Part shown: piece by piece, positions 27,776 to 37,290 of the stretch | Layout of the letters: each line of letters opens with the position of its first letter | How positions within the stretch are numbered: position 1 is the stretch's first letter | Assembly: GCA_026397205.1 (NCBI GenBank) | Contig: JAPLVH010000017.1 | Span: forward strand, 1 to 40,328 | DNA length: 40,328 nucleotides | Direction: 5' to 3' | From: Candidatus Berkelbacteria bacterium | GTDB lineage: Bacteria > Patescibacteriota > UBA1384 > XYA2-FULL-43-10 > CAINNR01 | Notes under the pieces: generated by a model | Seen by the model: the letters and a program-made list of their open reading frames with translations, nothing else | Databases searched by the model: none | Told to the model about the DNA's origin: nothing | Translations under genes and position numbers: made by a program

Positions 27776-28193
27776 AAATTGCCTACTATATATAGATACC
27801 AGCGGTAAGCTGGCGCAAGTCGTCTTAATTTCGGGCGGGAAAGTCATCGCCGAGAAAAGCTGGAACGGTTTTGGCGATCTATCGGAAACGCTTCTGGTTG
27901 AAATTGAAAAACTACTTGTCGCCAATAAGTTAAAATTTAATGATCTTGGTCAGATTGCCGTCAACCCCGGTCCCGGTTCGTACACTGGCGTTCGAATCGG
28001 CGTCACAACGGCGAATTTCCTTGCTTGGTCGTTAAATATCCCAATTGCCGCCGGCCCAAAGTTGTCAACCGTTGGAAGAAAAATCGTCAATAAAAAATTG
28101 CAAGTCAGAGAAATGCAAAATCAACAATTTGTTTTACCAAAATACTCAACCGGCCCGAATATCACCAAGTCGAAAGCTGGACGGGGAATTTAA
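27753..28193 (+). CDS. tsaB: tRNA t6A biosynthesis protein TsaB (short form)
   Basis: LYIDTS, GPGSYTGVRIGVTTAN. Confidence 0.9.
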   Translation: MSGKSISENCLLYIDTSGKLAQVVLISGGKVIAEKSWNGFGDLSETLLVEIEKLLVANKLKFNDLGQIAVNPGPGSYTGVRIGVTTANFLAWSLNIPIAAGPKLSTVGRKIVNKKLQVREMQNQQFVLPKYSTGPNITKSKAGRGI

Positions 28194-28233
28194 TAATCTG
28201 ATACACTATATTTATAGGGGCAATTTTTTTGTT

Positions 28234-29610
28234 ATGAATTTCATCGGACTGAAAAAGGGAAAAGGGGAACAATCGGCTGTCGGCGGAGAAGTCACCAGCA
28301 AGCCGAAAAAATCCAGAAAGAAACTCTGGATTGTTTTGGCGATCATTTTCGCTCTCATTCTCCTCGGAGCCGGTGCGATTTACGCTTATTATCGCGGCGT
28401 TTTCAGCAAAAATTATTCCGGCTCTTCACCGTTTTTGAAAATGCTTGCCGGCGACAAAAATGTAGCGCTAAAGGGCGAGGGTGATGGCCGAATTAATATT
28501 TTGCTTTTGGGTTACGGCGGCGCGAATCACCCCGGTGGAAATTTAACCGACACGATTCAGGTTCTCTCAATCAATCCGCAGGACAACACGGCGGCGATGC
28601 TTTCAATCCCTCGCGATCTTTATGTGACAATGAAAACTCCGAGTTTTGGCGGTAAAATTAATGAAGTTTATGATGTTGGCAACAAACAAACGAAAAATGG
28701 TGGCGGCGATTTAATCAAACAGGAAGTTGGGACAATTTTGGATCTGCCGATTCACTACTTCGTCGCAGTTGATTTTTCCGGTTTCAAAAAGGCGATAGAT
28801 GCCGTCGGTGGGATTGATGTTACGGTTGACAAGGATTTGTATGACCCACTTTATCCGGCCGACGATATGATTCACTACGCGCCGTTCAAAATTACTGCCG
28901 GCGAGCATCACATGGACGGGACGACGGCGCTGAAATATGCCCGAAGCCGCGAGACGACCTCGGATTTTGATCGCTCGCTTCGCCAGCAGAAAGTTTTAGC
29001 CGCCTTCAAATCAAAGGTGATGTCGTCGGGAACGCTCGATAACCCGACAAAAGTTATCGCTTTAGTCAACGTTTTGGGTTCAAGCGTCAAAACCGATTTG
29101 TCGCTTGATGAAATCAAATCGCTGGCGACAATCGTCAAAAAAATTGACACGACAAAAATCGTCTCCAAGGTTTTAGACAACAGCGCCACCGGTCCCCTGG
29201 TTTCCGATTCGTCCTCCGGCACATTTTATCTGAAAACCAAAACTGGCAACTGGAAAGATGTCCAGAAAATCGCCCACGAAATTTTTTCCGATCCCTATTT
29301 GCAAAGAGAAGCGGCCAATGTTGAAATCGTCAACGCTTCAAAAATCGTCTCGGCTGGGAATGATCTGGCATCAACTCTAAAAAGTTACGGCTATAACATT
29401 GTTGATGTCCAAGTGGCGAAAACTTCGCAAGCGACAACACAAATCATTGACTACTCCGCCGGCGCCAAGAAATATACTTTACAATTTCTGGCCAAGCGAC
29501 TAAACGCGACAGTCAGTCAGAAAACCAAACCAACTGATTCGATGTTTGATTTGCAAATAATCCTCGGAACTGATAATAAAGAAGTATATGCTAAAGGACA
29601 GAGCTTATAA
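28234..29610 (+). CDS. LytR-CpsA-Psr (LCP) family protein with LytR C-terminal domain
   Basis: NILLLG, TDTI, LSIPRDL, ALKYARSR, SDFDRSLRQQ, VEIVNAS..DLQIILGTD. Confidence 0.92.
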   Translation: MNFIGLKKGKGEQSAVGGEVTSKPKKSRKKLWIVLAIIFALILLGAGAIYAYYRGVFSKNYSGSSPFLKMLAGDKNVALKGEGDGRINILLLGYGGANHPGGNLTDTIQVLSINPQDNTAAMLSIPRDLYVTMKTPSFGGKINEVYDVGNKQTKNGGGDLIKQEVGTILDLPIHYFVAVDFSGFKKAIDAVGGIDVTVDKDLYDPLYPADDMIHYAPFKITAGEHHMDGTTALKYARSRETTSDFDRSLRQQKVLAAFKSKVMSSGTLDNPTKVIALVNVLGSSVKTDLSLDEIKSLATIVKKIDTTKIVSKVLDNSATGPLVSDSSSGTFYLKTKTGNWKDVQKIAHEIFSDPYLQREAANVEIVNASKIVSAGNDLASTLKSYGYNIVDVQVAKTSQATTQIIDYSAGAKKYTLQFLAKRLNATVSQKTKPTDSMFDLQIILGTDNKEVYAKGQSL

Positions 29611-30136
29611 TCTAATCACAAAAATTCTGTTGATTTTGTTGTTAATTTGGGGCGCTGCCTCATTTTTTGTTTTCGAAGACCAACTTTTAATCTTAATACT
29701 GGTTGGCGTTTTTTCCGCTGTTTCGGTCTATTTCATTATTGCAAATCGAGCGAATTTTTTTCTTCTGACCTATCTCGCCTTTGCGAACTTTTATGCCGGC
29801 TATGGTTTGCTTTATAATTACAATATCCCCCTGTCTTTGGTGATGATTTTATTGGCTCTGGTACTGGCGATTTTGTTTTGGATTTTGGCCGGAAAAGTTT
29901 GGCTCCAGATTTTGTCGTTTGTCATCGCGCTGTCGGAAATTTTTTTGGCGCTAAGTTATTTTCTGATTTCCCCACTGACCAGAAGCGCGATTTTGCTGAT
30001 TTTCGTCTATTTGTTTTATGGTTACTTTCTTTCGGCCGAGCCGGAAAAGTTCGATCTCTCAAACTTCAAACGATATTTGCTGGTGGCATTTCTACTCTTA
30101 CTTTTGATTTTCACCACCGTTTCGTGGGGACGATAA
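29588..30136 (+). CDS. Multi-pass membrane protein
   Basis: 182 aa, almost entirely hydrophobic helices; overlaps the LCP stop. Confidence 0.75.
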   Translation: MLKDRAYNLITKILLILLLIWGAASFFVFEDQLLILILVGVFSAVSVYFIIANRANFFLLTYLAFANFYAGYGLLYNYNIPLSLVMILLALVLAILFWILAGKVWLQILSFVIALSEIFLALSYFLISPLTRSAILLIFVYLFYGYFLSAEPEKFDLSNFKRYLLVAFLLLLLIFTTVSWGR

Positions 30137-30166
30137 AAAAATTGGCGCAAGAAAGCGCCAAAAAAG

Positions 30167-30469
30167 TTAGTGTGGCAAAACCGGAATAAAACTTAGAAGT
30201 AAAAGTCCCAGAAATAGTGTCGCGAATACAACGGACAATGTTGAAAGAACGGCGATTTTGTCGGCGACAGCGATGTCAGCGGTTTGGTGGGCATTGAGCA
30301 TTTGTGTCAACGCTGATTCCGTCCGCAATTTCGATGGGGCGAGATAATCTTCATGCCAGCGATGGCAAAAAAAGAAATGATATCCGAAAATAAGTGTCAA
30401 AACCAACCAAAGATACCGCAAATGCTGAATCCAAACAATTGAACTTCCGATGATATCTGACACCGACAT
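30167..30469 (-). CDS. Small hypothetical membrane protein
   Basis: Two TM segments; SD GAGGAGG before ATG 30469; own promoter. Confidence 0.6.
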   Translation of the reverse strand: MSVSDIIGSSIVWIQHLRYLWLVLTLIFGYHFFFCHRWHEDYLAPSKLRTESALTQMLNAHQTADIAVADKIAVLSTLSVVFATLFLGLLLLSFIPVLPH

Positions 30470-30502
30470 CTCTGACCTCCTCGGACTTGGATTTGTACTC
30501 AA

Positions 30503-30531
30503 ATTCTAGCAGAAGGAAAAATTTTTGTCAA
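30503..30531 (-). promoter_or_regulatory. sigma70 promoter
   Basis: Minus strand TTGACA-17 bp-TAGAAT with extended TG. Confidence 0.65.
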
Positions 30532-30595
30532 TGGAAGTTGCAATTTTAATCAAGATGATTTAGAATCAGAAGTAGTGATAATTAACCAAAATATT

Positions 30596-31633
30596 ATGGA
30601 CAAAATCAAAATGATTCTTGGGATTTTTTGGGCGTTTTTGAGACGGGTTGGTTTTTATTTCAAACTTGGATACATTAAAATTGTCTCCTTAATCAAAAAA
30701 ACTCGTCGTGGTGAGGCGATGGAAATTCATCCGCTGGTCGGGAAATATGCCAGCATTCTTTTTCGTCTTGTATTTGTTCTGACAATTTTGGTTTTTGTCG
30801 CCGAAATCGCTTTCGGCGTTGGGATTTATAAATACAAAAAATCTGATAGCACAACAAAAGCTTTTGCCAGATATATTCCATTTCCGGCGGCGGTTGTTCA
30901 GGGCCGAATTGTGACAATGAATGATTACTTTAAAAACCTGGCTTATATCGAGCAGTTTTACTCCAAAACTCAGCAGTCCGGTGTTGATTTGGCGGCGATC
31001 AGAACGAAAGTTATCGCCCAGCTGATCGACAACGAACTTCTGGCCAGCCAAGCGAAAAAGTATAATGTTACTGTTACCGATGCCGATGTCGAAAATGCCT
31101 ATTCCGAAGTCGTGACTCAAAACGGTGGCGAAGCCGAGGTGCAAAAAGTTCTGAATGATCTTTATGGACTTTCGATTCGCGATTTCAAACAGCTAATTTC
31201 CGACCAACTTTTGGAGCAAAAATTAACTGACGCCGTTCCGGTCCAGGTTCACGCTCAGCATATTTTAATTCGGGCCGATCAAAATGCCGACGCGGCAACA
31301 GTTGCCGCCGCCAAAGCGAAAATTGATAAAATTTATGCCGATGTCAATGCTGGCGCTGATTTTTCCGATCAAGCAAAAAAGTTAAGCGAAGACACCGGCT
31401 CGGCGTCAAACGGCGGCGATTTGGGCTTTTTCGCCCGTGGCCAAATGGACACGGACTTTGAAAACGCCGCATTCTCGACGCCAGTTGTTCAGGTTTCAGC
31501 GCCATTTCGATCTCAATTCGGCTGGCACATCGTCAAAGTTTTAGAGAAAAAAGGTTTTGTTGACTTGAGTTTTGATAATTGGCTCGCCTCTCTCCGCAAG
31601 GACTCAATAATTTTCCAGTTGCTCAAGGTCTAA
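30596..31633 (+). CDS. prsA: PrsA/SurA-type parvulin peptidyl-prolyl isomerase
   Basis: VHAQHILI, SEDTGSASNGGDLGFF, FENAAF, SQFGWHIVKV. Confidence 0.88.
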   Translation: MDKIKMILGIFWAFLRRVGFYFKLGYIKIVSLIKKTRRGEAMEIHPLVGKYASILFRLVFVLTILVFVAEIAFGVGIYKYKKSDSTTKAFARYIPFPAAVVQGRIVTMNDYFKNLAYIEQFYSKTQQSGVDLAAIRTKVIAQLIDNELLASQAKKYNVTVTDADVENAYSEVVTQNGGEAEVQKVLNDLYGLSIRDFKQLISDQLLEQKLTDAVPVQVHAQHILIRADQNADAATVAAAKAKIDKIYADVNAGADFSDQAKKLSEDTGSASNGGDLGFFARGQMDTDFENAAFSTPVVQVSAPFRSQFGWHIVKVLEKKGFVDLSFDNWLASLRKDSIIFQLLKV

Positions 31634-31663
31634 GTTGTCTGTTTGCTATCCTTAATTTTCCTT

Positions 31664-31688
31664 TGTCATCCTGAATTTATTTTAGGAT
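31664..31688. repeat. TGTCAT-type REP-like repeat
   Basis: TGTCATCCTGAATTTATTTTAGGAT; related to 32595 and 37320. Confidence 0.65.
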
Positions 31689-31707
31689 ACAGTTTTCTGT
31701 CAGCCTG

Positions 31708-32580
31708 TTAATTTTTCCACCACTTTTTTCCATCAGCTGAAATTGAAAAATCAACTGAGCCGTTTTGGTCGGTGCGGTAAATATCGGCGCCGACTTTCGA
31801 CAGGGCGTCCAAAACCTCTTTGTGCGGAAAGCCGTAGGAGTTTCCGGCGCCACAGGAAATCACCGCAACGCGCGGCAAAATTATGCCGGCAATTTCATCT
31901 GTCATACCGGTTTTCGAACCGTGATGCGAATCTTTCAAATAATCAATATTTTCAATGTCACTTTTGTTGTTTGCGATAACTTGTTGCCAGGCGTCGGTTT
32001 GCAAATCGCCGGTAAGTAGCGCCGAAAAAATTCCATAAGTAAATTTAAAAACCTCGGAGGTGTCGTTCGGATCGTTGGAATAAGCGACAACATTGTCGCC
32101 CGGCCAGAGAAATTTGATAATACCAGAGCCAAAAACTTTTTCCTCGTTGCCGATTCGTGGCACATGAATCGGAATATTTTTTTCTTTGGCAATCTGGAGA
32201 AAATTTTTATAAACCGAACTGGTATATTCCATTCCATTGTAGTCAATCTTGTCAACTTTATAGCGAGAAAGAACTTCAACCAAACCGGTCACATGATCTG
32301 AATGTGGATGGGTTAAAATGACTTCTTCGATTTCCCGATCCTCAATTGGCATAAATTTCGCCAGTTCCGACAGAACCTTATCATCCGGTCCGCCGTCAAC
32401 CAAAATTTGTTCACTGCCCTTTTCGATCAAAATCGAATCACCCTGGCCGACATCCAGGGTGACCAGGTGGAGATTTTGGTCTGGTTCCTTGAAATATACC
32501 AACCAGACGGTGATTGCCAGGGCGGCCAGAAAAACCAAGAGCCAATATTTCAAATTTTCAATAAATTTGCTTCGGTACAT
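31708..32580 (-). CDS. ComEC-associated metallo-beta-lactamase-fold protein
   Basis: LDVGQGDS, LVDGG, THPHSDH, TGD, HHGSK, NSYGFPH, RTDQNG. Confidence 0.92.
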   Translation of the reverse strand: MYRSKFIENLKYWLLVFLAALAITVWLVYFKEPDQNLHLVTLDVGQGDSILIEKGSEQILVDGGPDDKVLSELAKFMPIEDREIEEVILTHPHSDHVTGLVEVLSRYKVDKIDYNGMEYTSSVYKNFLQIAKEKNIPIHVPRIGNEEKVFGSGIIKFLWPGDNVVAYSNDPNDTSEVFKFTYGIFSALLTGDLQTDAWQQVIANNKSDIENIDYLKDSHHGSKTGMTDEIAGIILPRVAVISCGAGNSYGFPHKEVLDALSKVGADIYRTDQNGSVDFSISADGKKWWKN

Positions 32581-32594
32581 TTTGAAATTTAATT

Positions 32595-32652
32595 TGTCAT
32601 CCTAAAATTTTTTCAGGATCTCGCGGGATTCCGAAACGGGTTCGGAATGACA
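32595..32652. repeat. Inverted pair of TGTCAT-type repeats
   Basis: TGTCATCCTAAAATTTTTTCAGGATC...GATTCCGAAACGGGTTCGGAATGACA; encodes the comEC C-terminus and stop. Confidence 0.75.
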
Positions 32653-34141
32653 CAATGTTAATAATTTTGCGCCAAAAAACCAGTAACAATAAAATAATAA
32701 TATATACCAAAGTAAATACCATTTGCCAATTTTTTCCGACTGCAAAAGAGGAAAAAGGCAGAGAGGAACAGTATTTTGCTGCCAGGAGTATATACTTTAA
32801 CGGGAGATAAGAAATTAAAAATGCCAGATGTCCGACTCCTGGAAGTAAAAAATAAATTATTGTTGAGAGAAAAACAAAGAGCATTGTTGCCGGAACTATC
32901 GGCAAAACCAAAACATTTGTTAGCGGCGCGACAATTGACAGCCGGCCGAAAGTTGATAAAAGGAGTGGCAAAACGACAACTTGGGCCGACAAAGTTTCGG
33001 ATATTGCCCGGCTTGCGAAGTTTGGTAACCAACGAAAAATTTTTCGTTCGAAAATTTTTTCGATTTTGCCCGAGAAAAAAACCAAACCAAAAAAGGCCAG
33101 AAACGAGAGCTGAAATCCGGAATCGTAGCGCAAAACAAAAGGATTTATCAGGATCATAATCGCCGCCGCTAGCAAAAGCAAATTTGTCATATCGGCGCGG
33201 CGACCGATCGTTCCGCCGAAAGCAATAATCAGTGAAACTATCGCCGCTCGAACAACACTAGCGGCGGCGCCGGTTAAAGCGACGAAACCGAGAATCAAAA
33301 TTGTCGAAAGAATTAAATTTGCTCGCCTTGAAATCCAGCCGGTTTCAACCAGAAAAACCGAAAGCGCGGCAATAATAATTGTAATATTATAGCCGGAAAG
33401 CGCAATAACATGAGTGATGCCGGAGGAGTTAAATTGATTTATTATCTCCTGCGAAAAACCCTGTTTCGAGCCGATTAGAACGCCGACGCCAAGAGAACTT
33501 TCCGGTTCAGGCAAGTTTTTTTGACAGGCGATTTCGAATTTTTTTCGCCAAGAATATACTATCGCTAAGATTTTGTTGCCGTTATTTTTCGAAATAAGAT
33601 CAATTTTCGGATTTTTTACTGTCGCCACAACGCCGTAACGTTTTAAATAATCAACCCAATCAAAATCACTGGAGTTTGTCGGTTTTTCGAGTGCGCCGTC
33701 AACCTGAATTTTTTCGCCGTAAAAATAATTCGGGAACTCGGAGGTCTGAATTTGTAAATTCACCTCATGACCGAAGTCGGAAGTTGTGAGGAAAAATTTC
33801 TGGCTGTTACTCCCGATATCGGGATAATTTGAAATCAGACCAGAAAAAGTTTTTTCCTGACTAAAGGGTAAATCGAGATTTTCCAAATTGTTGTTGCGAA
33901 AGGAAAAGAGAAAAATGCCAAGAAAAAATATCGAGAGGCAAATTATCGAGATTAATACGGAGTAATTTCGCCGCGCCAAAAAGTATATTCCAAATGCCAA
34001 GAGCAGAAATAAAATTGAAATAGAATATACCAAAGTATATTTCAAATCGAAAAAAGTCGAAGCAAAAACGCCGGCGATAAAAGCCGCTAAAATCAGGGTC
34101 AAAATTCGAAAGGCCGGAATTTTTCTTGATTTTTTCACCAT
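32597..34141 (-). CDS. comEC: ComEC/Rec2 competence channel (OB + competence domain)
   Basis: GITHVIALSGYN, SVVRAAI, GFQLSFLA, ETLSAQ, PLTNVLV. Confidence 0.93.
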   Translation of the reverse strand: MVKKSRKIPAFRILTLILAAFIAGVFASTFFDLKYTLVYSISILFLLLAFGIYFLARRNYSVLISIICLSIFFLGIFLFSFRNNNLENLDLPFSQEKTFSGLISNYPDIGSNSQKFFLTTSDFGHEVNLQIQTSEFPNYFYGEKIQVDGALEKPTNSSDFDWVDYLKRYGVVATVKNPKIDLISKNNGNKILAIVYSWRKKFEIACQKNLPEPESSLGVGVLIGSKQGFSQEIINQFNSSGITHVIALSGYNITIIIAALSVFLVETGWISRRANLILSTILILGFVALTGAAASVVRAAIVSLIIAFGGTIGRRADMTNLLLLAAAIMILINPFVLRYDSGFQLSFLAFFGLVFFSGKIEKIFERKIFRWLPNFASRAISETLSAQVVVLPLLLSTFGRLSIVAPLTNVLVLPIVPATMLFVFLSTIIYFLLPGVGHLAFLISYLPLKYILLAAKYCSSLPFSSFAVGKNWQMVFTLVYIIILLLLVFWRKIINIVSFRTRFGIPRDPEKILG

Positions 34142-34163
34142 TTTTTACTATTATACATTTAGA

Positions 34164-34628
34164 ATGGCCAATGATCAAAAGAAAAAATTTAAGGAATTGG
34201 AAGCGAAAATAACGGAACTGACCGCCGGCTGGCAGAGAACGCAGGCCGATTTTATTAATTTTAAAAAGAATGTTGCTGACGACCGAGTTAAATTGATAAA
34301 ATCTGCCGGTGGCGATATTGTTTCACAACTTTTGCCGGTTCTTGACCACTTTCAGTTGGCGGCGAAGCATATACCAAAAAATCTGATTAATGATAATTGG
34401 GCACTCGGAATCAAACAAATTGAGAAACAATTTGAGGCGATTTTGTTTGAAAACGGTTTGGAACGAATCGAATCGGTCGGTCAGGAATTTGATCCGGAAT
34501 TACATGAAGCGATTGAGGAAGTTGAAGTTGCTGGTAATAAAGCCGGGGAAATTGTTGAGGAGATTATTGCCGGTTACAAATTCGGCGGCGAGGTAGTCAG
34601 ACCGGCGCGGGTGAAGGTGGCAAAATAA
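34164..34628 (+). CDS. grpE: Nucleotide exchange factor GrpE
   Basis: RTQADFINFKK, LLPVLDHF, FDPELHEA, GYKFGGEVVRPARVKV. Confidence 0.96.
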   Translation: MANDQKKKFKELEAKITELTAGWQRTQADFINFKKNVADDRVKLIKSAGGDIVSQLLPVLDHFQLAAKHIPKNLINDNWALGIKQIEKQFEAILFENGLERIESVGQEFDPELHEAIEEVEVAGNKAGEIVEEIIAGYKFGGEVVRPARVKVAK

Positions 34629-34716
34629 AATGTAAGCCCACGGATTTGGACACCCCCACTTCGCCCTTCGGGCTACGAGGGGCAAGCTGAATTAACACGA
34701 CGGAATCAAATACAAA

Positions 34717-35607
34717 ATGCAAAATCAAATCAAAAACAAATTAGTGATGGTAACCGGTGCGACTTCTGGGATCGGGAAAGAAGCGGCGAAGATGTTGGCG
34801 AGTGACGGCGCCAGGGTTATCATCGTCGGCAGAAATCAAGAAAAATGCCAGCAAACGGTCAAAGAAATCATCACCGAAACAAAAAATAAAAATCTTGAAT
34901 ATTTGTTGGCGGACTTCCAATATCTTGGCGAAATAAGATTATTGGCGGAGAAGTTTCATACAAAGTATGACAAATTGGATGTTCTAATAAATAATGCCGG
35001 CGTCTATCTAAAACGTCGAGAAACTACTGCTGACGGTCGCGAACTTTCTTTTTCGGTAAATTATTTGGCACCGTTTTTTTTGACGAATTTACTGCTCCCG
35101 GCGCTGAAAAAATCCGACAGCGCCAGAATTATAAATGTTTCATCGCTTTCACATCTCGGAGCAAAAATTGATTTTGATGATATATTCAGTGAGAAATCAA
35201 ACCAACATCCGAAGTTTGCTTATCGCCGGTCGAAATTAGCTTTGATAATGTTTACATACGAATTAGCTCGACAACTTAAAAATTCAAATATTACCGTCAA
35301 TGCGGTTTGTCCTGGCGGTGTGGCGACAGCACTTTGGAAAACCAACAACGATTTGCAAACGAAAGCGACGCGATTAATCGTTCCGCTTTTGAAAACTCCC
35401 CAGCAAGCGGCTGGACTTTTGGTTTATCTCGCCGAGTCGCCGGAAGCGAATAATATCAGCGGAAAATTTTTTGCTCTGAAAAAGCACTCCCGTTTTCGAA
35501 ATTACAATTACAAAAATACAATCTCAAAATCATCGCCAGAATCTTATATTCTCCCCGATCAAAAAAAACTTTGGCAAGTTTCCAAAGAACTCGTCGGGTT
35601 CGGTTGA
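34717..35607 (+). CDS. Short-chain dehydrogenase/reductase (retinol-DH-like)
   Basis: TGATSGIG, LINNAG, NVSS, YRRSK, VCPGGVAT. Confidence 0.93.
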   Translation: MQNQIKNKLVMVTGATSGIGKEAAKMLASDGARVIIVGRNQEKCQQTVKEIITETKNKNLEYLLADFQYLGEIRLLAEKFHTKYDKLDVLINNAGVYLKRRETTADGRELSFSVNYLAPFFLTNLLLPALKKSDSARIINVSSLSHLGAKIDFDDIFSEKSNQHPKFAYRRSKLALIMFTYELARQLKNSNITVNAVCPGGVATALWKTNNDLQTKATRLIVPLLKTPQQAAGLLVYLAESPEANNISGKFFALKKHSRFRNYNYKNTISKSSPESYILPDQKKLWQVSKELVGFG

Positions 35608-35652
35608 TTTTTCGGATGTATTTCCCTCATTTTTGCATTAAAGTGTAACACC

Positions 35653-35690
35653 TAATTCAGATATTGACCGATCGGTCAATATCTGAATTA
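35653..35690. repeat. Palindrome family 3, downstream copy
   Basis: TAATTCAGATATTGACCGA|TCGGTCAATATCTGAATTA; perfect 38 bp; includes the gene's TAA stop. Confidence 0.96.
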
Positions 35691-36230
35691 TTTATGTCGT
35701 TTTCTGAATAGATTATCTAAGTGTTCTTCAATATTACTCTTTGCAATGATGAAATATGCGACGTATTCTCTAATCTCCAATTCATCGATAATCAGATCGA
35801 TTTCATCTGCCTTTATGTATTGACAAACCCACAAACTTTTTTGCAATTGTTTGAATCCAATTCTTTTTAGCGATCGGCAAAATTGCCTGCGTTTTATATT
35901 GTAATTTTCCGGAATGTCGTAAGAGATTATCCTAAGTCGTCCATCAACCTCGAGATTTTTTGGGCTCTCAAGATTTTTAATCTTACCTTTCACAGTTAAT
36001 CGTACGCTTAAGTTGCAGTTTTGTTCTTTGATTTCGATATATCCTGTACGTTTTAAATTTCGCAAGTATTGAATAAATTTATCACCGAGAAAATCTTCGC
36101 CAGATTCCATTTGTCTTTTCAGACCTTCTTGGTCTAGAAATCCACCGATTATTGCTTCAGGTGTCCGGGCGATTGCCGCCAAAATTGTCCAAGTTATTTC
36201 ACCAAATGCTTGTTTTGTTTCTTTTTTCAT
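35688..36230 (-). CDS. wHTH + PaaX-central/Cas2-like domain protein (paralog 3)
   Basis: LRNLKRTGYIE..VRLTVKGK, DGRLRIISYDIPE..RRQFCRSLKRIGFKQLQKSLWV. Confidence 0.85.
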   Translation of the reverse strand: MKKETKQAFGEITWTILAAIARTPEAIIGGFLDQEGLKRQMESGEDFLGDKFIQYLRNLKRTGYIEIKEQNCNLSVRLTVKGKIKNLESPKNLEVDGRLRIISYDIPENYNIKRRQFCRSLKRIGFKQLQKSLWVCQYIKADEIDLIIDELEIREYVAYFIIAKSNIEEHLDNLFRKRHK

Positions 36231-36236
36231 ATTTCA

Positions 36237-36265
36237 AGTATATAATTTTTGGAAATATTTTTCAA
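36237..36265 (-). promoter_or_regulatory. Leaderless sigma70 promoter of paralog 3; -35 overlaps the palindrome end
   Basis: Minus strand TTGAAA-17 bp-TATACT-6 nt-ATG. Confidence 0.6.
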
Positions 36266-36300
36266 TTCAGATATTGACCGATCGGTCAATATCTGAATTG
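36263..36300. repeat. Palindrome family 3, upstream copy
   Basis: CAATTCAGATATTGACCGA|TCGGTCAATATCTGAATTG; perfect 38 bp. Confidence 0.96.
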
Positions 36301-36342
36301 GGAGTAATTGAGACGAGAAAAATATAAAAATTAGAAAAAAGC

Positions 36343-36369
36343 TTGACAAGTTTTCGGGGGGGGTAAAAT
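36343..36369 (+). promoter_or_regulatory. sigma70 promoter with a G8 tract in the spacer
   Basis: TTGACA-AGTTTTCGGGGGGGG(15 bp)-TAAAAT. Confidence 0.6.
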
Positions 36370-36451
36370 GGAAATAGGGAGCAAACCTAAATCTCAAATC
36401 ACAAGAAACAAATCACAAACAAATTAGAAATTATTTAATCTAGGAGGGAGC

Positions 36452-37234
36452 ATGTTTGGACAAAGAAAGAGACCAAAAGCCAGAAGTGGCAAACGAATGT
36501 CACCAAGAAAAAAGCTGACAATCGCCATCGCCGCCGTGGCTGTTATTTTGGCTGGTGGATACGGTTTGGCAAAATATGGCGCCGGTGGTGGAAGAGTTTC
36601 GGCGGATAGCTCCAGTCAATTGATGATGATGTCACAATGGAAAGTTGCTTCGATCAATGTTACAATCAATGGCGCAACGCCGTGGGTTGGCTCCGTTTGG
36701 GCAACACATGTTTCTACTCAGGTGAAAGACAGCTCGTGGATTTATCGTACTGTTTCCGTGGAAAATGGTGCCGCAGTTTCCGGTCAGGTTTCTGCGTCAA
36801 GCAGTGCAACATCAATCATGCCGATACCTGTCCCGACGCCTGGAACAAATGAAACTTCATACAAATATAGTATAAAAGCTACGACAACTAATTCAATGTG
36901 TAGTAGTAGTGAAACTTTTGTTGATGTCACAGGATTCGGTAGTTACAACGCGACGATCAATGTATCATGTAATTTTTCTAGTGCGATGGGGAATTTAGTC
37001 CAGGGAGTGAGTTATCTTTTAAATCCAGGTTCAATCCCAACTCCAGCGATACCTGCAAGTAATACTATCGCTGCAACAAATTCCACAACCAATTCCGCAC
37101 CGGTAAATATTACTTCACAAATGTATTCGAGTATGAGTCCAAATAATTCTTATTCGATTAGTCCGCCTTCAATGCCAAGTTCTGCAATGCAGACGCAGAT
37201 GCAACAGATGATGAAAAATTCGACGAAAAAATAA
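36452..37234 (+). CDS. Membrane-anchored Ser/Thr/Met-rich surface protein
   Basis: Basic N-terminus plus TM, beta-rich middle, low-complexity tail; SD AGGAGG. Confidence 0.75.
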   Translation: MFGQRKRPKARSGKRMSPRKKLTIAIAAVAVILAGGYGLAKYGAGGGRVSADSSSQLMMMSQWKVASINVTINGATPWVGSVWATHVSTQVKDSSWIYRTVSVENGAAVSGQVSASSSATSIMPIPVPTPGTNETSYKYSIKATTTNSMCSSSETFVDVTGFGSYNATINVSCNFSSAMGNLVQGVSYLLNPGSIPTPAIPASNTIAATNSTTNSAPVNITSQMYSSMSPNNSYSISPPSMPSSAMQTQMQQMMKNSTKK

Positions 37235-37254
37235 TCATCTAAAAAATTGACACA

Positions 37255-37283
37255 GAAAATCCCGCTGATAAAGCGGGATTTTC
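37255..37283. terminator. Intrinsic terminator between convergent genes
   Basis: GAAAATCCCGCT-gataa-AGCGGGATTTTC. Confidence 0.75.
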
Positions 37284-37290
37284 GTTTTGG

